Source of the DNA: Eledone cirrhosa
Taxonomy: Eukaryota
NCBI GenBank assembly: GCA_964016885.1
Contig: OZ024760.1
Span: 17,918,001 to 17,982,000, forward strand
Reading direction: 5' to 3'
Length of the DNA: 64,000 nt
In this document: positions 58,649 to 64,000 of the stretch, piece by piece
Layout: each line of letters starts with the position of its first letter
Numbering within the stretch: the first letter of the stretch is position 1
Program-made: the position numbers and the translations under genes
Notes under the pieces: generated by a model
Told to the model about the DNA's origin: nothing
Databases searched by the model: none
Seen by the model: the letters and a program-made list of their open reading frames with translations, nothing else

Positions 58649-58766
58649 GGCAAACAGACAGCGAGAGAGAGAGAAAGAGACGGGGGGGGGGGGGCAAAAA
58701 AAGAGATAGGCAAACAGAGTGAGAGAGAAGAATGATAAAGAGAAATAGAAGAATAGATCTCAGTAG

Positions 58767-59205
58767 TGGAGTTGCGACAGATAGATAGTATTAGCAATTG
58801 GAAAGAACAACGGAAACATTGTTTCCTCGGTCAGATTTGACGAAAGTCGATCGTTCCTGAGTCATTTAGTTACTTAGGAACGGTCGACTTTCGTCAAATT
58901 GGACCGAGGAAACAATGTTTCCGTCGGTGTTTCCAATTACTAATACTATCTATCGGTCACACCTCCAGGTAGAAGGCGTGTGGCTGGGTGGTTAGAGGAT
59001 TGGATTCAGAATCGTGAGGTTGTGAGTTCGATTCCCGGATCGGGTAATGCGTTATGCCCTTGAGCAAGACACTTTATTTCACGTTGCTCCTTCTACCTGG
59101 AGTTGTGACCGGCCGATAGATAGTATTATATATTGGAAAGACCAATGGAAACATTGTTTCCTCGGTCCGATTTGACGAAAGTCGATCGTTCCTTTAGTCA
59201 CTTAC
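58767..59205. mobile_element. Foldback element arms (+,-,+) enclosing an S1 SINE head (58972-59090)
   Basis: GGAAACATTGTTTCCTCGGTC..ATTTGACGAAAGTCGATCGTTCC occurs forward, reverse, then forward. Confidence 0.8.
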
Positions 59206-60389
59206 TTAACCCAACAACCCTAACCACTCTACCAAGCGGCCATCTTTTATTTCAAACTCCAAAGATGATAAACGTTGATGTTGACGTTGTTGTTGATGTT
59301 ATTGATGTTGTTAATGTTGTTGTTGTTGTTGATGTTGTTAATGTTGTTGTTGTTGTTGTTGTAGACGGCGATGACAAACGACATTTAAATAAGTTATGTT
59401 TTCTATGACGGCAGGTCAATGAAATTAGATTCAGTGTTACCGGGTTAATCAGTACTTAATAACAGTCGCCGCCGTTAGATGGCTCCACAAGGAAGATTAA
59501 GTAGACATAAAGAGTGTATCATCATCATCATCGTCATCGTCATCGTTATCATTATCATATTCATCATCATCATCTACTTTTTCTACTTCTTCCGGTTGTC
59601 TTCTTAGTGTAATGACCGACAGATTCTGATAGCAGTTTGATACATACACACACATATACACACAACTACACACACGTATACACAAATACACACACAATAC
59701 ACACACACACATATATATATATATACACAAACACACACACATGTACACACACACACACACATACACACAAATACATACACACACACATACACAAACACAC
59801 AAGCACACACGAACGCACACGAACACACACACAGACACACACAGATACACACGCACCCACACACACGCACACAGTCAGTCAGACAGACAGACAGACAGAG
59901 GTTGGCCGACCAAAACTGGAAAGATTATAAAAGATAAGATAAAGCGAGCTGAACGATGACAGCGAACTTTCTGGAAAGTGTTAAAGAATTGCTTCGGAAG
60001 ATAAACGACGATGATTTGATAAGAAACAACAACAACAACAACAACAACCACATACACACAAAACACAAAAAACACAAGAACAACAAGAAGAATCAAACAC
60101 AAAACACAAATGCAACAGCAAAACCCATGCAAAAATACAAAAGCTTTTGTGTATGTTTAAGTCTTGTAGAGATTCTAACTAAATAAAATAAGTAAAATAA
60201 AATAGTAAACCTTACCAAAAAAAGGGTTAATATATCGCTATTTAATGAGGGGTCAGTGAAATGATGAGAGAAAGGGGGGGGGGGGGGTTAAAATATAAAA
60301 ACGATGCCTGTATCTATATAATGAAGGGTTTTTGAAGAATACCGGAAGTTAATGATACCATCACAATAAGGGATGTATTAAATTTTTTA

Positions 60390-60790
60390 TTTAATTGTTT
60401 CTACTTTTGGCACAAGGCCAGCAATTAACCCTGTGTATTACTGGTACTTTGTTTTATCAACCCAGTAAGAATGAAAGACAAAGCTAACTTTGGTGGGATT
60501 TGAACTCATATTGTAAAGGGCCATAACTCTATGCTGCAAAGTATATTGTCCAAATAATGTTTTTTTTATTTAGTCAGAAGGGCAGCAATTTTTTTTGTGT
60601 GTGTGTGGGGAGGGTAAAGTCGATTAAATCGACCCAGTACTAATCACTCTTTATAATAATTGTTTCTATTTTAGGCACAAGGCCAGCAATTAACCAGTGC
60701 ATTACTGGTACTTTATTTTATCGACCCCGTAAGGATGAAAGGCAAAGTTAACCTCGGCGGGATTTGAACTCGGATCATAAAGGGACGAAG
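60390..60790 (-). mobile_element. Cluster of S2 SINE copies
   Basis: GGCACAAGGCCAGCAATT...GGCAAAGTTAACCTCGGCGGGATTTGAACTC. Confidence 0.88.
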
Positions 60791-60977
60791 AAAATCACTC
60801 TTTATAATAATGTTTTCATTTTTGTATTTTTGTAATATCAGGATGTTTTTTAAAATTTATTTACTAACTTTCATAGAGATCGAACCCTAATAAACAGATC
60901 GATAGAGAGCGAGAGACTTTATTTGCTCCAGTTGAATTAATGTTTCCCTTTGTGTGTATATATATATATATATATAT

Positions 60978-61054
60978 ATGATGTCCCCTAAAAATGTATA
61001 CACATTTCAACAGCATTCTAATAAATATGTGTATACATTTTTGTGGACACCCTG

Positions 61055-61055
<1 letters not shown>
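60978..61055. mobile_element. Tiny Tc1/mariner-type MITE
   Basis: Inverted ends GATGTCCCCTAAAAATGTATACACAT / ATGTGTATACATTTTTGTGGACACCCTG in a TA context. Confidence 0.7.
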
Positions 61056-61123
<68 letters not shown>

Positions 61124-61661
61124 ATTCTTCCCTCCGCCGTTAGAGAGTTTCTCACTTGCTACAAACGCGTCTGGAAAAGAATTATTTTCTCTGAGGTGTT
61201 CCTTGACAAGCTGTTTGGCCTCACAATGATGATGCATTTCTATAATGCATAGCTGTTGCATATGGATCAGCGAAACTGCGCAGTCAGGACTTCGAAGAAA
61301 AAAATAGGTATATTTTTGTCTATTATTTCCTCTTATTTTGTAATTTAATATTACATATACATATATATATATATATATATATATTTTGCGGCATTTTCTA
61401 ACATGAATGTAGTTTGACCCTTACACTACACTTCTTTCTCCCTTTCTTTCTTTCTTCCCTTTCTTCTTTGACGGAGTGGTGGTAGTACATGATAGGCCTG
61501 CGCCCCCTTACCAGATATTCACTGGTAGTTTTCGGTTGCCAACACTTTGAGGGCGGCTGGCTGTGAAGCTAGTTGGTCAGCCGCCCTTTCTATCTCTGGT
61601 TTCCCGGACCCATGGTTTTTCGGACCCATTGGCTTTTTACATATTCCTTTGTTATATCCCA

Positions 61662-61719
61662 ATACCTGATGATATCACCGGATTCATATGGAACCCGAGC
61701 ATTGAAATGATCATAGTAT
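61662..61719 (+). ncRNA. Type I hammerhead motif (family K)
   Basis: ATAC-CTGATGA-TATC..CGGATTC..GAACCCG..CATT-GAAA-TGATCA-TA-GTAT; AATAAA at 61720. Confidence 0.8.
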
Positions 61720-61780
61720 AATAAACCTTTCAAGGATTTACACCAATCCAGCCTACTGTTATTTCATTTATATATATATA

Positions 61781-61835
61781 GAAGAGCTTCTACAGGACTA
61801 GAACTGTTTCATTCGTGAAAAATCAACCTGGAATA
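61781..61835 (-). mobile_element. Family E short fragment
   Basis: CTTCTACAGGACTAGAACTGTTTCATTC in TA flanks. Confidence 0.8.
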
Positions 61836-61859
61836 ACTTATATATATATAAATACAACT

Positions 61860-61907
<48 letters not shown>

Positions 61908-62175
61908 ACTCATATATATATATACTGTGTAATATATTTGTAGGTGTGTGTGGGAATGCGAGTGTGTGAATGAGTGTGTGTGTGTATGTGTATTTGTGTA
62001 TGAGTGTGTCAGTGTGTATGTGTGTGTATGTGTGTCAGTGTGTATGTATAGCGAAGTTTAAATCTATACTAAGAGGTATATTACAAAATTTGAAACTACT
62101 TACTAAAAGATCTAGAATCGATCTCGCTTAACGTCTGAAATTTCACTTCCAGCTCAAATTGTTAGGTTAAAGCAA

Positions 62176-62249
<74 letters not shown>

Positions 62250-62364
62250 TGTAATGTAGTACTGTATATATATTGTAATATAATATTGTATATATTGTAA
62301 GTACTAAGGGACCGCGTGGAATTGCATGGTTTAATTAGAAACCAAAGATCAATATGACATTTTA

Positions 62365-62905
62365 AATGTAGTGTTGTTAGAATGGTGTGTATAGAGAGGT
62401 CGCACATAGTGTAGTTAGAACGGTGTATATAGAGATGTCACACATAGTGTAGTTAGAATGGTGTATATAGACACGTCACACATAGTAGTGTAGTTAGAAT
62501 GGTGTGTATAGAGAGGTCACACATAGTACTGTAGTTAGAATGGTGTATATAGACAGGTCACGCATAGTACTGCCGTTAGAACGGTTTGTATAGAGAGGTC
62601 ACACATAGTAGTGTAGTTAGAATGGTGTGTATAGAGAGGTCACACATAGTACTGTCGTTAGAACGGTGTGTATAGAGGGGTCACACATAGTGTAGTTAGA
62701 ATGGTGTATATAGAGAGGTCACACATAGTAGTGTAGTTAGAAATGTGTATATAGAGAGGTCACACATAGTAGTGTAGTTAGAAATGTGTATATAGAGAGG
62801 TCACACATAGTAGTGTAGTTAGAACGGTGTATATAGAGGTCAGACATAGTACTGTAGTTAGAATGGTATGTATAGAGGGGTCACACATAGTAGTGTAGTT
62901 AGTGA
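62365..62905. repeat. ~41-44-bp minisatellite x ~12
   Basis: GTAGTTAGAATGGTGTATATAGAGAGGTCACACATAGT repeated. Confidence 0.92.
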
Positions 62906-63579
62906 ATGGTGAATCTACCCCCGCCTTCTGCAATGTTAATAGCAAGGAAAGCCAATCAAATAGAAAGCTCTTCATTCATATATCTAGCCTCGACGGGATC
63001 AGAACTCACAATATAATGTACTGGAAGAAACTCTACCAATCTACTCCCACCCTTCAGCAATGTTAATAGCAAGGAAAGCCGATCAAATAGAAAGCTCTTC
63101 ATTCATATATCTCAGTAAATAAAAGTGATATGGTGATAAGCCATTGAAATCTTATCAAACAGAGGCAGTCGTATTTCTCAGAAATTATAGAAATTTAGGA
63201 ATTTCAACAGAAGCCGTATTAACTGAAGCAAGAATTGTCAAAACTGAAAGTGTTTGGACAGAGGATCGTATAGTTTACACTCCGCCCTTGGTCCAGAAAC
63301 CATCACTCTTTCTCTTTCCACCCCCTGTCTTCTGTGGCTAAAGAGTCCTTGAAAGGGGTCAAGTCATGTGATCTATAACCCTCCTCATTCTAATAATTGT
63401 CTCAAAACATCCAAAGTATCTAATAATAGAGGCCATCTCCGGTTTAGTTTCGTTGTACTAAAAGTACTTTAGAAAGTACTTTTTCACTTAGGCCACACTC
63501 CGACCTACACACATCCATCCTTGCATGCATGTGTATACATATATATATAAATACACACACACACATACATATACACACG

Positions 63580-63639
<60 letters not shown>

Positions 63640-63756
63640 ATTAGTATAAATCGAAGTTATAGTCGCAGTAAAGCAAATACCAATCGTGTTGTTCGAGGCA
63701 TATAAATACATATACATTATATATATATATATACACACACATGTATGTATATATAT

Positions 63757-63831
<75 letters not shown>

Positions 63832-64000
63832 CCCCAGGGAACGGTATTTTATCCACTCGTTAATGATATATATAAGATGTTCTATATATATATATTCTAT
63901 ATATATATATTCTATATATATATATTCTATATATATATATTCTATATATATATATATATATGATATATTAACGATCTCTTTTCATTGAGATGTTTTCTAT

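Overview
Eukaryotic, AT-rich, repeat-saturated non-coding DNA (intronic or intergenic). The two dominant tRNA-derived SINE families resemble those I recall from octopod cephalopods (inference, not checked). No host protein-coding gene can be supported: nearly all listed ORFs are translations of (TA)n, (CA)n, (GA)n or trinucleotide repeats. Recognisable content is SINEs, 3' remnants of RTE, CR1/L2-type and Tx1/L1-type LINEs, several MITE or foldback elements and many minisatellites. The main discovery is a dense population of about 35 short (80-400 bp), ORF-less inserts sitting almost entirely inside (TA)n tracts. They belong to at least 10 sequence families that carry type I hammerhead ribozyme (HHR) motifs of the Penelope-like element (PLE) kind. 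Several families share three traits: (i) an inverted layout of a short 3' end plus a long-tailed 3' end, both facing outward into TA repeats; (ii) a YTGAGTRC motif 25-60 nt from the long end; (iii) unusual ribozyme variants (long stem II with a C.C mismatch, U.U closing pair, 8-nt CUGAAUGA core, palindromic stem III). All folds were read by eye and none has been tested for activity.
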